Source: a virus
Taxonomy: Duplodnaviria > Caudoviricetes
DNA: 64,000 bases
Reading direction: 5' to 3' (one strand)
IMG/VR virus record: IMGVR_UViG_3300042870_001240
A program made the translations under genes and the position numbers. Under the pieces are notes generated by a model. It saw only the letters and a list, made by a program, of their open reading frames with translations, searched no databases and was not told the origin of the DNA. Shown here piece by piece: positions 19,023-28,838 of this stretch (the first letter of the stretch is position 1; the number at the start of each line of letters is the position of its first letter).

Positions 19023-19889
19023 ATGAAATACATTATTACCGAATCACATTTCAAACACTATGTTAGTGTCATCACCGAACAAGAAGATGATGATGATGAT
19101 GAATACGATAAACTCGAATCGTATTCTGATGAAGATTTTATTGAGGTGTTTTTTAATTATTTCAGACCTTGGATAAAATCCAATCACGGTGATGAGATTA
19201 GTCAATATCCATTATCACTTCTGTTAAAGAAATACTACCAAGAGTTTTGTAAATATTCAGGTGTTGATATTGATGATGATGATGAATTTCGTTATTACAG
19301 TGATTTAATAAAAATCGGTAAAGCTCTTATTAAAAAAGAACAACATAAATTACCAACATTACGTCCTGTATCTAAGTTCACCGAAAAACATTCAAAACAA
19401 ATTCAGTCTCTTTTAAAGCTTCTTAAAATGCCGGAATGGTTAACCGTTTCATTTGAGGAATATTCTCCATATAAAGTTTATATGACGTTTAATATTGATT
19501 TCCCTTCTATGATGAAAATTGGTGGTGGTGAACAAAACATTTCCACATATTTTTATGAGTTTACAGAACAGTTAGAGAATTATATGGGGATTAAGGTGGG
19601 TTCTCCATCTCATGGTGACCTTGATATCAATAACACCATATCATTAAACGGTGTTGATGAGTTTAATAAACCTAAATTTCAGAAGGAACTTAAAACCCAA
19701 ATCAAATCTTTACTTACGGGTCATAAAGATATTCACACCATTAAACTTAAGTTTACAGATAAAGGAATATCACTAGATATAGGTTTTGCAAGAAACGTTA
19801 TGTTCTCCGAGAAACAACTGTATAAAAAAGCAATTATAGATTTGTTATCTACCAAGTATAGTGAAGATAAAATTAGAATTTTTTTCTAA
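19023..19889 (+). CDS. Hypothetical protein with MKYIITE leader
   Basis: 288-aa ORF, leader motif. Confidence 0.75.
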   Translation: MKYIITESHFKHYVSVITEQEDDDDDEYDKLESYSDEDFIEVFFNYFRPWIKSNHGDEISQYPLSLLLKKYYQEFCKYSGVDIDDDDEFRYYSDLIKIGKALIKKEQHKLPTLRPVSKFTEKHSKQIQSLLKLLKMPEWLTVSFEEYSPYKVYMTFNIDFPSMMKIGGGEQNISTYFYEFTEQLENYMGIKVGSPSHGDLDINNTISLNGVDEFNKPKFQKELKTQIKSLLTGHKDIHTIKLKFTDKGISLDIGFARNVMFSEKQLYKKAIIDLLSTKYSEDKIRIFF

Positions 19890-19920
19890 TTATAACGATG
19901 TTGGAAAAAGAGACTAATAG

Positions 19921-19956
19921 AAATGAGGGTGTAAATGAGGGTGTAAATGAGGGTGA
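19921..19956. repeat. 12-bp tandem repeat AAATGAGGGTG[T/A] x3
   Basis: Direct reading; lies between convergent genes. Confidence 0.85.
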
Positions 19957-20030
19957 TAGACCACTTCAAACCGTTATTCGTTCCATTTAATGTAATTTTT
20001 AATCACTTATTCGTTCTTAAAAATGTAAAA

Positions 20031-20531
20031 TTAAAACGTTTCTATTAAATTTAAAACAATTCTTAGAATATCATCTATTGTTTTTTCAGTTAAATCTTCA
20101 TATCTAACAGGAAATTCTCCGAGAAGACTTTCGTTTTCATGTCCACCCCATCTATCAACTACAACATAGTTAATACCCAGATAAACTATTTCTTGGTATT
20201 CCGTATTCATTTCTCTGTAAGGAATTGGTTCTTCATCAAAATCGTATAAACTACTACCTCCTATACGTTTAAGACAATCTTTGATGGTTTTAATCTTTAA
20301 ACTATTCTGTATTTGATAATCACCTAATAACTTAATCAAATTATCATATCCATCAACAAGTTTTGACGTAGTTTCAATTCCGTTTCGGTCAAGAACTTTT
20401 ATTATGTCTTCTTTGAAACCCTCGTTGATTGTTTCTTCTTGTAAATTTATGAAATTATCATCACTTAATTTATCGGCAGTAACTAAACCCATTATCTTTT
20501 GTATTCTATGTATGTCTTCTTGTAGGTTCAT
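20031..20531 (-). CDS. Hypothetical protein with MNLQE leader
   Basis: ORF and leader. Confidence 0.75.
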   Translation of the reverse strand: MNLQEDIHRIQKIMGLVTADKLSDDNFINLQEETINEGFKEDIIKVLDRNGIETTSKLVDGYDNLIKLLGDYQIQNSLKIKTIKDCLKRIGGSSLYDFDEEPIPYREMNTEYQEIVYLGINYVVVDRWGGHENESLLGEFPVRYEDLTEKTIDDILRIVLNLIETF

Positions 20532-20584
20532 ATTATTGAATATATAATAATAAATATTATAATAATCATTATATTTATTATCAT

Positions 20585-20893
20585 ATGGAATATAATATTA
20601 CACCAGAACAATTAGACCGATTAATTAAACCTTATTTTGATAAAGAATTTAAACACGCTAAGTGGAGTGAATATTATTTTTCAGATGGTGGAGGACTATG
20701 GTATGGGTTTATAAATCAGGATAACGTTATGTTAGTTGGTCACCCATCTAATGACAATGATTTTTACTTTACAAATGGTCAATATTTTCATGATATGTGG
20801 TACTTATTTAGTGTTAGACATCAAGAATTTAATGAGTCTATGGGTAGATACATTAAAAAGAAATATGGTTGTAAATTTGAAAGAATTATGTAA
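20585..20893 (+). CDS. Small-protein family member (MEYNITPE leader)
   Basis: TATTTAT upstream; family aromatic pattern. Confidence 0.7.
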   Translation: MEYNITPEQLDRLIKPYFDKEFKHAKWSEYYFSDGGGLWYGFINQDNVMLVGHPSNDNDFYFTNGQYFHDMWYLFSVRHQEFNESMGRYIKKKYGCKFERIM

Positions 20894-20899
20894 GTGTTG

Positions 20900-21580
20900 T
20901 TATTTTATTGATTCTATTAAAACCCCATTTTGAATGATGTCTTTTGGGAAAAAATCACGCTTTGACAATTCGGTATATTTCACCCCATTTTGAATGGTAT
21001 CTTCAACAAAGGAGTCGTTCAAAAAATTATAGATATTGGCGTGTTTCACCCCAATTTGAATGGTATTTTCAACGACAACGTTTGTAATGAACTCTACTCC
21101 TGTGGTGTTCTTCACACCATTTTGAATGGTATTTTCAACCTCTCTATCAAAATCTTCCGACCAATTATACTCATTAGGAATTTCATTTGTCCACGTATTT
21201 TTAATACCATCTTCAATAACTCTCCCAACAATAGGAATATTACCACCAATAACCCCTTCGGTTTCTTTTATACCGTTTTCAATAATACTAATAACCCCTT
21301 CTTCAAAAACAAACTTATTACCACTAATCGATAGTGGTTTATTCAAAATATTCTTAGTAAACCAATCAGTAATATATTCACTATTCTCAGTCACATTCAA
21401 TGACACAAAATTAAAAACATTATTAAATAATGAGTAATTATACCATAAGACATTCTCTTTAGTATATTCAAAAACCCATCTTTTTTCTTCGGTAAAAATA
21501 AACCACATTGACCCATTGTGATTGTAAATGTCAACACCTTTTAATTCTTTGTTTATTAATTGATTTATTGCTCGTTTCAT
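20900..21580 (-). CDS. Array-bearing small-protein family member, translated array
   Basis: N-terminal ~80 aa align with the MVSDRLKD paralogs; VENTIQNGVKxT repeats. Confidence 0.8.
   Translation of the reverse strand: MKRAINQLINKELKGVDIYNHNGSMWFIFTEEKRWVFEYTKENVLWYNYSLFNNVFNFVSLNVTENSEYITDWFTKNILNKPLSISGNKFVFEEGVISIIENGIKETEGVIGGNIPIVGRVIEDGIKNTWTNEIPNEYNWSEDFDREVENTIQNGVKNTTGVEFITNVVVENTIQIGVKHANIYNFLNDSFVEDTIQNGVKYTELSKRDFFPKDIIQNGVLIESIK
20972..21139 (-). CRISPR. CRISPR-like array A4: three clear 36-bp repeats with two 30-bp spacers, plus degenerate flanking units
   Basis: Repeats at 20972-21007, 21038-21073, 21104-21139; sense GTTGAAAATACCATTCAAAATGGTGTGAAGAACACC. Confidence 0.65.
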
Positions 21581-21581
21581 T

Positions 21582-22292
21582 TTAGATTTTTCCTATTTTA
21601 ATCACATTATTTTCTATAATCAAATACTCATCAGTTGTTCCTAAACAATCAATGAGGATTAAATTATCATCATTTAATACCGTCACTTCTTTAACCTGAG
21701 TGTGCCCAACAACACAAACAATTCCATCTACCATATCCTTCACCAAAGACTGTGGTCTAACCCATATAGGAGGTTGTGTAACATCGTTTCCACCAAAACT
21801 TAAGTTACCACCCATTGTGAATCTAAACTTCGTTATATCGGTTTTAAATAGGTCATTCACAGACCCCTGTAAATTATTATTATCTATACCACAATTCTTA
21901 CACCATGTTTTAGTTAAACCAGCATGACTGAAAAAATACTTATCATCTTGATAACACATCTGTAACAATCCTTCATCAACAACAGGTTGTAAGACACGAT
22001 TAATATTTTTGGCATAACCAAATTGGTATGAAGAGTAATGTTCATTAACACCTTTCAAATAATGGAAATCATGATTACCAACCAAAAGTATTACCTTATC
22101 AGGATTGGCCTTTTTGAACTCAACTATCTCTTTGAAGTTCTTAATCTGTCTGTTTGCACTGTATCCACCATTTTTATCATCAAAATAATCCCCAATAAAA
22201 ACCCATTTTGTAACTTGTGGATTTTTAATTATTTCTTTCCACTTACTTCTTCCGTGTGTATCACCAATGACCCCTATTATTTCTTTTTTCAT
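21582..22292 (-). CDS. Calcineurin-like metallophosphoesterase
   Basis: IGDTHG, IGDYFD, GNHD, HAG, GHT motifs; ATG at 22292 behind TATATTTG. Confidence 0.9.
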   Translation of the reverse strand: MKKEIIGVIGDTHGRSKWKEIIKNPQVTKWVFIGDYFDDKNGGYSANRQIKNFKEIVEFKKANPDKVILLVGNHDFHYLKGVNEHYSSYQFGYAKNINRVLQPVVDEGLLQMCYQDDKYFFSHAGLTKTWCKNCGIDNNNLQGSVNDLFKTDITKFRFTMGGNLSFGGNDVTQPPIWVRPQSLVKDMVDGIVCVVGHTQVKEVTVLNDDNLILIDCLGTTDEYLIIENNVIKIGKI

Positions 22293-22341
22293 ATGACAAA
22301 TATAATATTTTTTTTTTAAAAAAAACAATATTTATTATCAT

Positions 22342-22620
22342 ATGGTCTACGAAGTAAAAAAAGGTCAAATCGATAAACTCATGAACAAGATTGAGTCCTA
22401 CGTTAATAAAGTTAATCCTGATAAACGCATTTGTTATGTTCGTTTGGAATACAATGAAATTCATGACAATATTCACTGTAATATCTTTTGGGATAGAATG
22501 ACGGCCGTTAGGATGCTTTCGAGTCAAATGCGAGATTCTAACTTAAGTATTAAAGATTTAATTAATTCATTAATAGGGTTTAACGTTGATTTATATGTTC
22601 ACTACGACAATTGTAGATAA
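22342..22620 (+). CDS. Hypothetical protein (92 aa)
   Basis: ORF behind TATTTAT. Confidence 0.65.
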   Translation: MVYEVKKGQIDKLMNKIESYVNKVNPDKRICYVRLEYNEIHDNIHCNIFWDRMTAVRMLSSQMRDSNLSIKDLINSLIGFNVDLYVHYDNCR

Positions 22621-22628
22621 TTAAAATT

Positions 22629-22967
22629 ATGAAATACATAATTACAGAAAATAAGTTAGATAATGTTGTTGATAAATTTATAACCAATAAATTTAATAAA
22701 TTATCAACATTTAAAAGTAAAATATTTCCTGTTGGATTATTTTATATTGACAATCATGGTAATATTATTGCTGAAGTAATTTTTCCTCCTCACGGAAGAG
22801 GTGTAATAATTGATTGGGAATTATGGAAAGAAGTGTCAGATTTTTTTGGGTTTGAGACAATTAAGGAACAACAAGAATCAATGTCTAAATGGGCCGACCA
22901 ATACTTTGGTTTTAAAGACTCATTAATTGATTATAGAGATTTTGTTGAAACAATTGAAGATTTATAA
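22629..22967 (+). CDS. Small-protein family member, MKYIITE leader
   Basis: Leader; LW..VSDFFGF...SKW pattern. Confidence 0.75.
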   Translation: MKYIITENKLDNVVDKFITNKFNKLSTFKSKIFPVGLFYIDNHGNIIAEVIFPPHGRGVIIDWELWKEVSDFFGFETIKEQQESMSKWADQYFGFKDSLIDYRDFVETIEDL

Positions 22968-22974
22968 ACCGAAT

Positions 22975-23340
22975 CTATTTATATTTTTCTTTTAGGATAA
23001 CATATTCCATTGTCTCCGAATTAATCTCATCAACAAGTTTTTCATATTTTTCTCTTTGAGTTTCTGTTAAAGTTTCAGACATTTCATAACCACCATCTAT
23101 CTTTGTATAAACGGTTTTTGTTTGTTTTAACTTCGTAATTATTTTAATGTGTCTTTGACTTAGATACTTGAGGTTCATATCGATACACCATCTTATATCA
23201 TCCATATTACTTTCTGAAATAGATTCTTCAATACCATTCCATTTAATAATTTTGTTATTGATAAAGTCTACCGTTAATCCGTATTGTCTCCCTTTAACTT
23301 TATCATCTTCAAACCATTCAATTTCATTCATACTACCCAT
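22975..23340 (-). CDS. Hypothetical protein (121 aa)
   Basis: ORF. Confidence 0.6.
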   Translation of the reverse strand: MGSMNEIEWFEDDKVKGRQYGLTVDFINNKIIKWNGIEESISESNMDDIRWCIDMNLKYLSQRHIKIITKLKQTKTVYTKIDGGYEMSETLTETQREKYEKLVDEINSETMEYVILKEKYK

Positions 23341-23461
23341 ATAATTGTTATTACCTTAATTATAGGTGTTTACTCATGTTTTATCAACAAATATTTTTTA
23401 AAGTCTCATGTAAAAATTGTATATCCACCCATAATTAAAAAAAAACAATATATTTATCATT

Positions 23462-23800
23462 ATGGAATATATTATCACAGAGTCTAAAATTCATGACGTA
23501 TTAAATGAACTTATTGAAAAGAGGTTTAAAGGAATGGTTTTTAGAAAAATGCTATCTGGCTCTTTGCTTGGATTTCTACCTGAAAATATTGGGTCTGATG
23601 ATTGGTTGGAAGATTTTACTTTGGAATATGAAGACGAACAAGTTACCAATTCAAATAGAAAAGTTTTATGGGTATATACTGACGACTACGATTATTTTTT
23701 AAGTATGGTACCAGTATCGGAAAAAGAAGTCAATGATTCAATTAAAAAATGGTTTTGGTCAAAAACAAAATTAAAAGCAGATTTAGTATACGTTCAATAA
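23462..23800 (+). CDS. Small-protein family member, MEYIITE leader
   Basis: Leader; KKWF C-terminal motif. Confidence 0.75.
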   Translation: MEYIITESKIHDVLNELIEKRFKGMVFRKMLSGSLLGFLPENIGSDDWLEDFTLEYEDEQVTNSNRKVLWVYTDDYDYFLSMVPVSEKEVNDSIKKWFWSKTKLKADLVYVQ

Positions 23801-23801
23801 T

Positions 23802-24098
23802 ATGAAATACATTATAAGTGAAAGTCGGTATAATAAAATGGTTTCTGATTACTTGGACGGTATCAAGTACACTGAATATATTGATGATAGAGAAATATTT
23901 TTAGGAACTCCTAATAGCGAATCGGGAGAATATTTGTATGAGAAAGATTCGGGAGAATTACTTATTAATCCTGACATTGTAGACATGTTAACTAAAATTT
24001 TTAGTATGGACGACTTTAAGGCGTATGATGCAATTGAAAATTGGTTCAATGAAAAATATAATGTTCATATTGAAAGTTCTCGTCCTTGGGATTGGTAA
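23802..24098 (+). CDS. Small-protein family member, MKYIISE leader
   Basis: Leader; NWFNEKYN motif. Confidence 0.75.
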   Translation: MKYIISESRYNKMVSDYLDGIKYTEYIDDREIFLGTPNSESGEYLYEKDSGELLINPDIVDMLTKIFSMDDFKAYDAIENWFNEKYNVHIESSRPWDW

Positions 24099-24101
24099 TT
24101 A

Positions 24102-24809
24102 TTATTGACCCTTATTTTCACACTTAGGAACGTATGTCCTGTATAGGTCGGTGGAAATACCTAAGTAATCATATATTGTATTCCAAATAGTATCCAATAT
24201 TCTTTCATATTTTCCAATAACCTCTTGAGTTCTTGGAAATAAATTACTTCCATATCCACCAATAAAATAAACATTAATCTTATAATGAAGATAAGGTTTT
24301 TGTAAGTCTAAGACTTCTCTATCTTTTGGAGGAGTAACTTTAATATCACAAATAATATCATTATACTCACTTAGAATAGTTTTCTTCATTAACTTTGTTA
24401 TAAGGTCTGTATAATCTTTTTCAACTTCTTCTTTAATAACATTATATTGTGACTCGGTAATAACAAAAACACTATTAACATTCTCATCAAGTTTTTTCTT
24501 TTCTTCATACCACCATTTAGTGTTATTATAACTATCAATGGTTGAGTTCCCACAACTAATACCACCTTTCAAATAATCCCCAAACATTGTCTTAACAAAG
24601 TTTTTCGCATCTTTACCTATATCATAAAGAAAGTCAGAGTCTTTTTCACTAAACGGTTTTTTCATTAAAATTGCTATATGAGCCACTTTACCATATTTGG
24701 TAGGATATACATCGACTTTAATTCCGTGAAAATCCTCAGGTGTTTTAATATTTTTAAAGTGAGATTCAACCATTTTTTCAATGGTCTTTTCTAATTTACT
24801 ACTCTCCAT
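24102..24809 (-). CDS. Two-module hypothetical protein
   Basis: Likely ATG at 24809; internal VITESQY leader-like junction. Confidence 0.7.
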   Translation of the reverse strand: MESSKLEKTIEKMVESHFKNIKTPEDFHGIKVDVYPTKYGKVAHIAILMKKPFSEKDSDFLYDIGKDAKNFVKTMFGDYLKGGISCGNSTIDSYNNTKWWYEEKKKLDENVNSVFVITESQYNVIKEEVEKDYTDLITKLMKKTILSEYNDIICDIKVTPPKDREVLDLQKPYLHYKINVYFIGGYGSNLFPRTQEVIGKYERILDTIWNTIYDYLGISTDLYRTYVPKCENKGQ

Positions 24810-24843
24810 AATAATAAATACTCTTATCTTTGTATTTATCATT

Positions 24844-25182
24844 ATGAAATATTTTATTACAGAATCTAAATTAGAAAATACTATTTATACCTACATTAAT
24901 AATTTATTTGGGGATTTACATTTTACCGCTTACGAAGATGACGATGGTAATGAAATGGATTCTGCGTTAGATTTTTATTTTGGTGACTATGAGGACGATG
25001 AACACGCATTTTATTGGTATGATAGTAATTTTTTTGTTAGTTATTGTTTAAAATGTCCTATTGTGCAATTTGACGAAGACTTATTAAACAAATTAAACAG
25101 TTTGTTTGGTGATAAGTGGGAACACATATTTAAAAAATGGTTATGGGAAAAATATCATATGAAGGTTAAAACTATTGAATAA
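24844..25182 (+). CDS. Small-protein family member, MKYFITE leader
   Basis: ATG at 24844 behind TATTTAT. Confidence 0.75.
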   Translation: MKYFITESKLENTIYTYINNLFGDLHFTAYEDDDGNEMDSALDFYFGDYEDDEHAFYWYDSNFFVSYCLKCPIVQFDEDLLNKLNSLFGDKWEHIFKKWLWEKYHMKVKTIE

Positions 25183-26379
25183 CTAATATTCTTCATCTTG
25201 AACCTCAACCTCTGTTGCGGTTCTATTATATTTCTCATTGAACCAATCCATAATAACGTATTCATCAATCAATGGAAAAAAACTTTCTATCGTATGAACA
25301 AGATTTGAGGAAACTGTTAATCTGTTATATGTTTTATCCGAATTAGTCCATTCATGAAGATTTGTTTCGTATGAAAGGGGGGTTGTTTCCCCGTCTGTTA
25401 AAGACATTTCATCAAAAGTATAATTATGAACGCGCCACCCTTCAGACATCTTATTCAACATTTCTAATGCGGGTTTTAACATTCTTTCAAACTTAGTAAC
25501 AGTTTTGTGTTTTGGTTCGTCAGACTCATTTAACCTCTCATTGATTGTGTCGTTATGAACCAACTTAACACTACCTCGTCCTGTCAATGTTTGTACTTGG
25601 TACTGGAGTTCCCATATTAAATTATCAATATTTTGGTACCTAATAGATTCGACATGGAAATTTAAAAATAAAACGATGATTCCCTTGTCAATTTTATAAT
25701 CAACGACTTTAACCTCATTGGTTGATGACAATTCATCACACGCTTCGAAATTAACAATCTCTTCAGCATCGGCTCCTCGTTCTTCTTGGTCGTCACATTT
25801 TTCTTTAAGGATTGATAATGAACTATCAATTAGTTTTTGGAATTTGTTCTGTCTATCGTCTTCTTTCAAGATTCTGAATCGTAATAAAGGTTTACCGTTA
25901 ATCGTTACATCACCCTTTTCATTTTTACCAATGGTTTTAACAACAACTTTTTTATTCTTAAACTTACCACCCATGATTGTATCACCAACCTTGATGTCAA
26001 GTTTAATCATTTCCGTAATACCTTCTTTATAATCAATTGTTTGATTAGTAGTAATGAAAACCTCATCACCTAAGAACTTAGATAAGTCATCACCTAAAGC
26101 GTCAAACAAATCGTCATTATCGGACTCAAACGAATTCCAACCGTCTTTCATATATACATCCAAATAAATTGTATATTCTTTATTATCGTATTGAATTTCT
26201 TGGACTTTTAGTTTTGCAATATCATTAAGAGATTTGTGATAATTGAAGTGGTCGTCCTTTTCATATTCGTCCATATCGTCCCAAGTATCATTAATATAAT
26301 TCATTCTTACTTTGAACGAACTATCAATCATAGATTGAACTACTTTTTCTTGTTGATTTTCAGTTATAACATATTTCAT
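25183..26379 (-). CDS. Multi-module protein, MKYVITE leader; internal IKVGDT.MGGKFKNKKVVVK module; ends in a small-family domain
   Basis: Modules separated by ITE, LKE and LNE. Confidence 0.75.
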   Translation of the reverse strand: MKYVITENQQEKVVQSMIDSSFKVRMNYINDTWDDMDEYEKDDHFNYHKSLNDIAKLKVQEIQYDNKEYTIYLDVYMKDGWNSFESDNDDLFDALGDDLSKFLGDEVFITTNQTIDYKEGITEMIKLDIKVGDTIMGGKFKNKKVVVKTIGKNEKGDVTINGKPLLRFRILKEDDRQNKFQKLIDSSLSILKEKCDDQEERGADAEEIVNFEACDELSSTNEVKVVDYKIDKGIIVLFLNFHVESIRYQNIDNLIWELQYQVQTLTGRGSVKLVHNDTINERLNESDEPKHKTVTKFERMLKPALEMLNKMSEGWRVHNYTFDEMSLTDGETTPLSYETNLHEWTNSDKTYNRLTVSSNLVHTIESFFPLIDEYVIMDWFNEKYNRTATEVEVQDEEY

Positions 26380-26726
26380 TAGTAAACATATTCATCATTA
26401 TCAAAGGTCTCAACCTCTGTTATATGGTCTAAACCATCAAAATTTTCTTTAAACCATCTAACCAAATGTTCTTGTATTTCGTCAATTCCATCCATTGAGA
26501 ACAAATTATAAATCCCTTCATATAGTTTTTCCTCCATCATAACTTCGGTCTCTTGTGACGTTCTATTAAAGAAAATAATTACGATAGAGTTTTCCGCTTT
26601 ATCCACAAAATCAATTCTACCAGAACCCCCATGATTACTAACAGTTTCATCCAAACTCATAATGTTTTTAGTTAAGTAGTTATCAATCATTTTATATCTT
26701 TGGGATTCAGTTATAAGGTATTTCAT
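26379..26726 (-). CDS. Small-protein family member, MKYLITE leader
   Basis: Leader; RWFKENF motif. Confidence 0.75.
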   Translation of the reverse strand: MKYLITESQRYKMIDNYLTKNIMSLDETVSNHGGSGRIDFVDKAENSIVIIFFNRTSQETEVMMEEKLYEGIYNLFSMDGIDEIQEHLVRWFKENFDGLDHITEVETFDNDEYVY

Positions 26727-26727
26727 A

Positions 26728-27330
26728 TTATAAATCAGATTTTACCATATTATAGAAAAACTCACTAACCTCTGATGGTTTTGTAATTCTTCCTTGTCTT
26801 ATCACGTTTCTAAATTGTAATATCATTCCCTTTAATTGATTAATTGAAACATTTTTATACATACCTTTGAATGTTGCATCTTCCTGTGGAATAAACCCTA
26901 AATTAACAAACTCTCTAACTTTTTTTCTCGCGAATTCATCCGCAACAAGTTCTGTTTTCTTCATAAATTCGGCAGCCTCTTCAATACTAGTATCTCCAAC
27001 ATAAACCGAATACATTGTTTCTTCACCATATTTCTTAAATTGGTATTGATGGGCAATCTCATGAAATAATATAAATAAAAATATCCCTAAAGAATTATTA
27101 AAAACACCTGGTGTTATTACAACTCTATCAGATAATGCTAACGCTTCACCCATTCTAATATTTTGAACCATAATTTTCTTACAGTCAGAATTTAGTATGA
27201 ATTGTTTTATCTTACCAATAAAATCATCATTAATATTGTATTTTTCTTTGACTTTATCTAAAAACTCATCAAGACCTGACGTTTGTTCTAAGACTAAGTT
27301 ATACTGAGTTTCGTTTAAAATATATTTCAT
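26728..27330 (-). CDS. HExxH zincin-like protein with MKYILNE leader
   Basis: LFHEIAHQYQ...ELVADEFA. Confidence 0.65.
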   Translation of the reverse strand: MKYILNETQYNLVLEQTSGLDEFLDKVKEKYNINDDFIGKIKQFILNSDCKKIMVQNIRMGEALALSDRVVITPGVFNNSLGIFLFILFHEIAHQYQFKKYGEETMYSVYVGDTSIEEAAEFMKKTELVADEFARKKVREFVNLGFIPQEDATFKGMYKNVSINQLKGMILQFRNVIRQGRITKPSEVSEFFYNMVKSDL

Positions 27331-27367
27331 AACGATAAATACTTGATTTTGGGATTACGGATTAGTT

Positions 27368-28093
27368 TTATGGAAAATAAATGCTGGTAATTATAAACCA
27401 ATTACCATTAAAATCCTCAACAAGACAAGTTGAGTTTTCACAAAAGTCCCCCGAATTCATATAATCTTTTTCTAATTTTGGTTGGTGTATATGTCCACAT
27501 ACCGCAACATCACAACCTTTTTCTTTTGTTAACCCTTTAGCATTCTCCTCAAAGTCAGACACAAAATTAATTGCCCCTTTAACACTTTGTTTAATATCGT
27601 TTGCTAATGAATGATACGGTAAATTAAATGTTTTTCTTATCTTATTATACCATGTGTTTAGATTTATAACAAAATCATATGACCATCCCCCAAGAACAGC
27701 TAACCATCTAACTTTCATAATAACAAAGTCTAAAACATCTCCATGGAAACAATAGTAACTTCGACCATCAACACCAATATGAGTATACTTTCTAACAATT
27801 TCAATGTTATTTAATGTGAATGGTATAAATGGTTTCAGAAAATCATCATGATTACCTCTAATATAAATTACTTTGGTTCCTTTCTCAGACCTTTTCATAA
27901 ACTTTCTAAATATTTTTGTGCAATCAGATTTCCATTTACCATTGTTTTTTAACGCCCAACCATCAATTATATCCCCATTTAATATTAATGTTTCCGATTC
28001 ATTTTCACTTAAGAATTTCAAAATTTTATCTGTTTGAGATTGTTTTGCACCTAAGTGTAAATCACTCATAATAATTGTTTTCCACTTTTTCAT
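27368..28093 (-). CDS. LpxH-like metallophosphoesterase (UDP-2,3-diacylglucosamine diphosphatase family)
   Basis: SDLHLG, GDIIDGW, GNHD, HGD, GHIH, NSGD motifs. Confidence 0.85.
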   Translation of the reverse strand: MKKWKTIIMSDLHLGAKQSQTDKILKFLSENESETLILNGDIIDGWALKNNGKWKSDCTKIFRKFMKRSEKGTKVIYIRGNHDDFLKPFIPFTLNNIEIVRKYTHIGVDGRSYYCFHGDVLDFVIMKVRWLAVLGGWSYDFVINLNTWYNKIRKTFNLPYHSLANDIKQSVKGAINFVSDFEENAKGLTKEKGCDVAVCGHIHQPKLEKDYMNSGDFCENSTCLVEDFNGNWFIITSIYFP

Positions 28094-28812
28094 TTCCAGT
28101 AATCTTTATCGTTTTGAAAAAACTTTTTATTTTTGTTGTTAAAGAATGAACCAATCATTAGTTTTAACATATACCATAAACCTTTAGATTTAAACCTTCT
28201 TGGTGTTGTAAAAATTGTTATGTCCGCAATCTCGAACTTATTTGGTCTTATTTCTTTGGATAATAGGTAATCCTCGGCAACTTTCGCATCTTCATCAAAC
28301 CCTCCAATCTCATCAAATCGTTCTTTTCTAACTAACATGAACCCACCTAAACAGAAAGGAGTGATTGGTTTAAATACTCGTTGTATAACGTCAAAAAACC
28401 TGAATACATAGTTGTATCCATTCTCACTTGAACGTATTTTACAGGTTACTAAATCCTGTTGATTAGTAATAATTAAGTTTACGGTTGTGAATAACAAATC
28501 AGGATTCAAAATAAACATATCAGCATCCATGAATAAAATGTAAGGGGTTTTAACTAATCTTGCACCGTTGTTTCTTGCTTTGGACGGTAATCCTCCTTCT
28601 GTCAAATATAAGTCGAACTTGTCTCTACCACGTTCATGTTCTACCCTATTAATTAATGAAGGTGTGGTGATATCATCATCAGAAGAATCACATACGATTA
28701 CTTTAACACCATTAATTGTTTTCTGATAGTTTAATAAATCTAAAGTTTTAGATATAATATCTTTTTCGTTTTTACACGGAATAACAATCGTTAAAAATTT
28801 AGATAACTCCAT
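28090..28812 (-). CDS. Glycosyltransferase family 2
   Basis: TIVIPCKNE, ARNNGA, LFMDAD, GGFDE...EDY motifs. Confidence 0.9.
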   Translation of the reverse strand: MELSKFLTIVIPCKNEKDIISKTLDLLNYQKTINGVKVIVCDSSDDDITTPSLINRVEHERGRDKFDLYLTEGGLPSKARNNGARLVKTPYILFMDADMFILNPDLLFTTVNLIITNQQDLVTCKIRSSENGYNYVFRFFDVIQRVFKPITPFCLGGFMLVRKERFDEIGGFDEDAKVAEDYLLSKEIRPNKFEIADITIFTTPRRFKSKGLWYMLKLMIGSFFNNKNKKFFQNDKDYWK

Positions 28813-28838
28813 AAAACAATAATTTTAATGTTTTTAAC

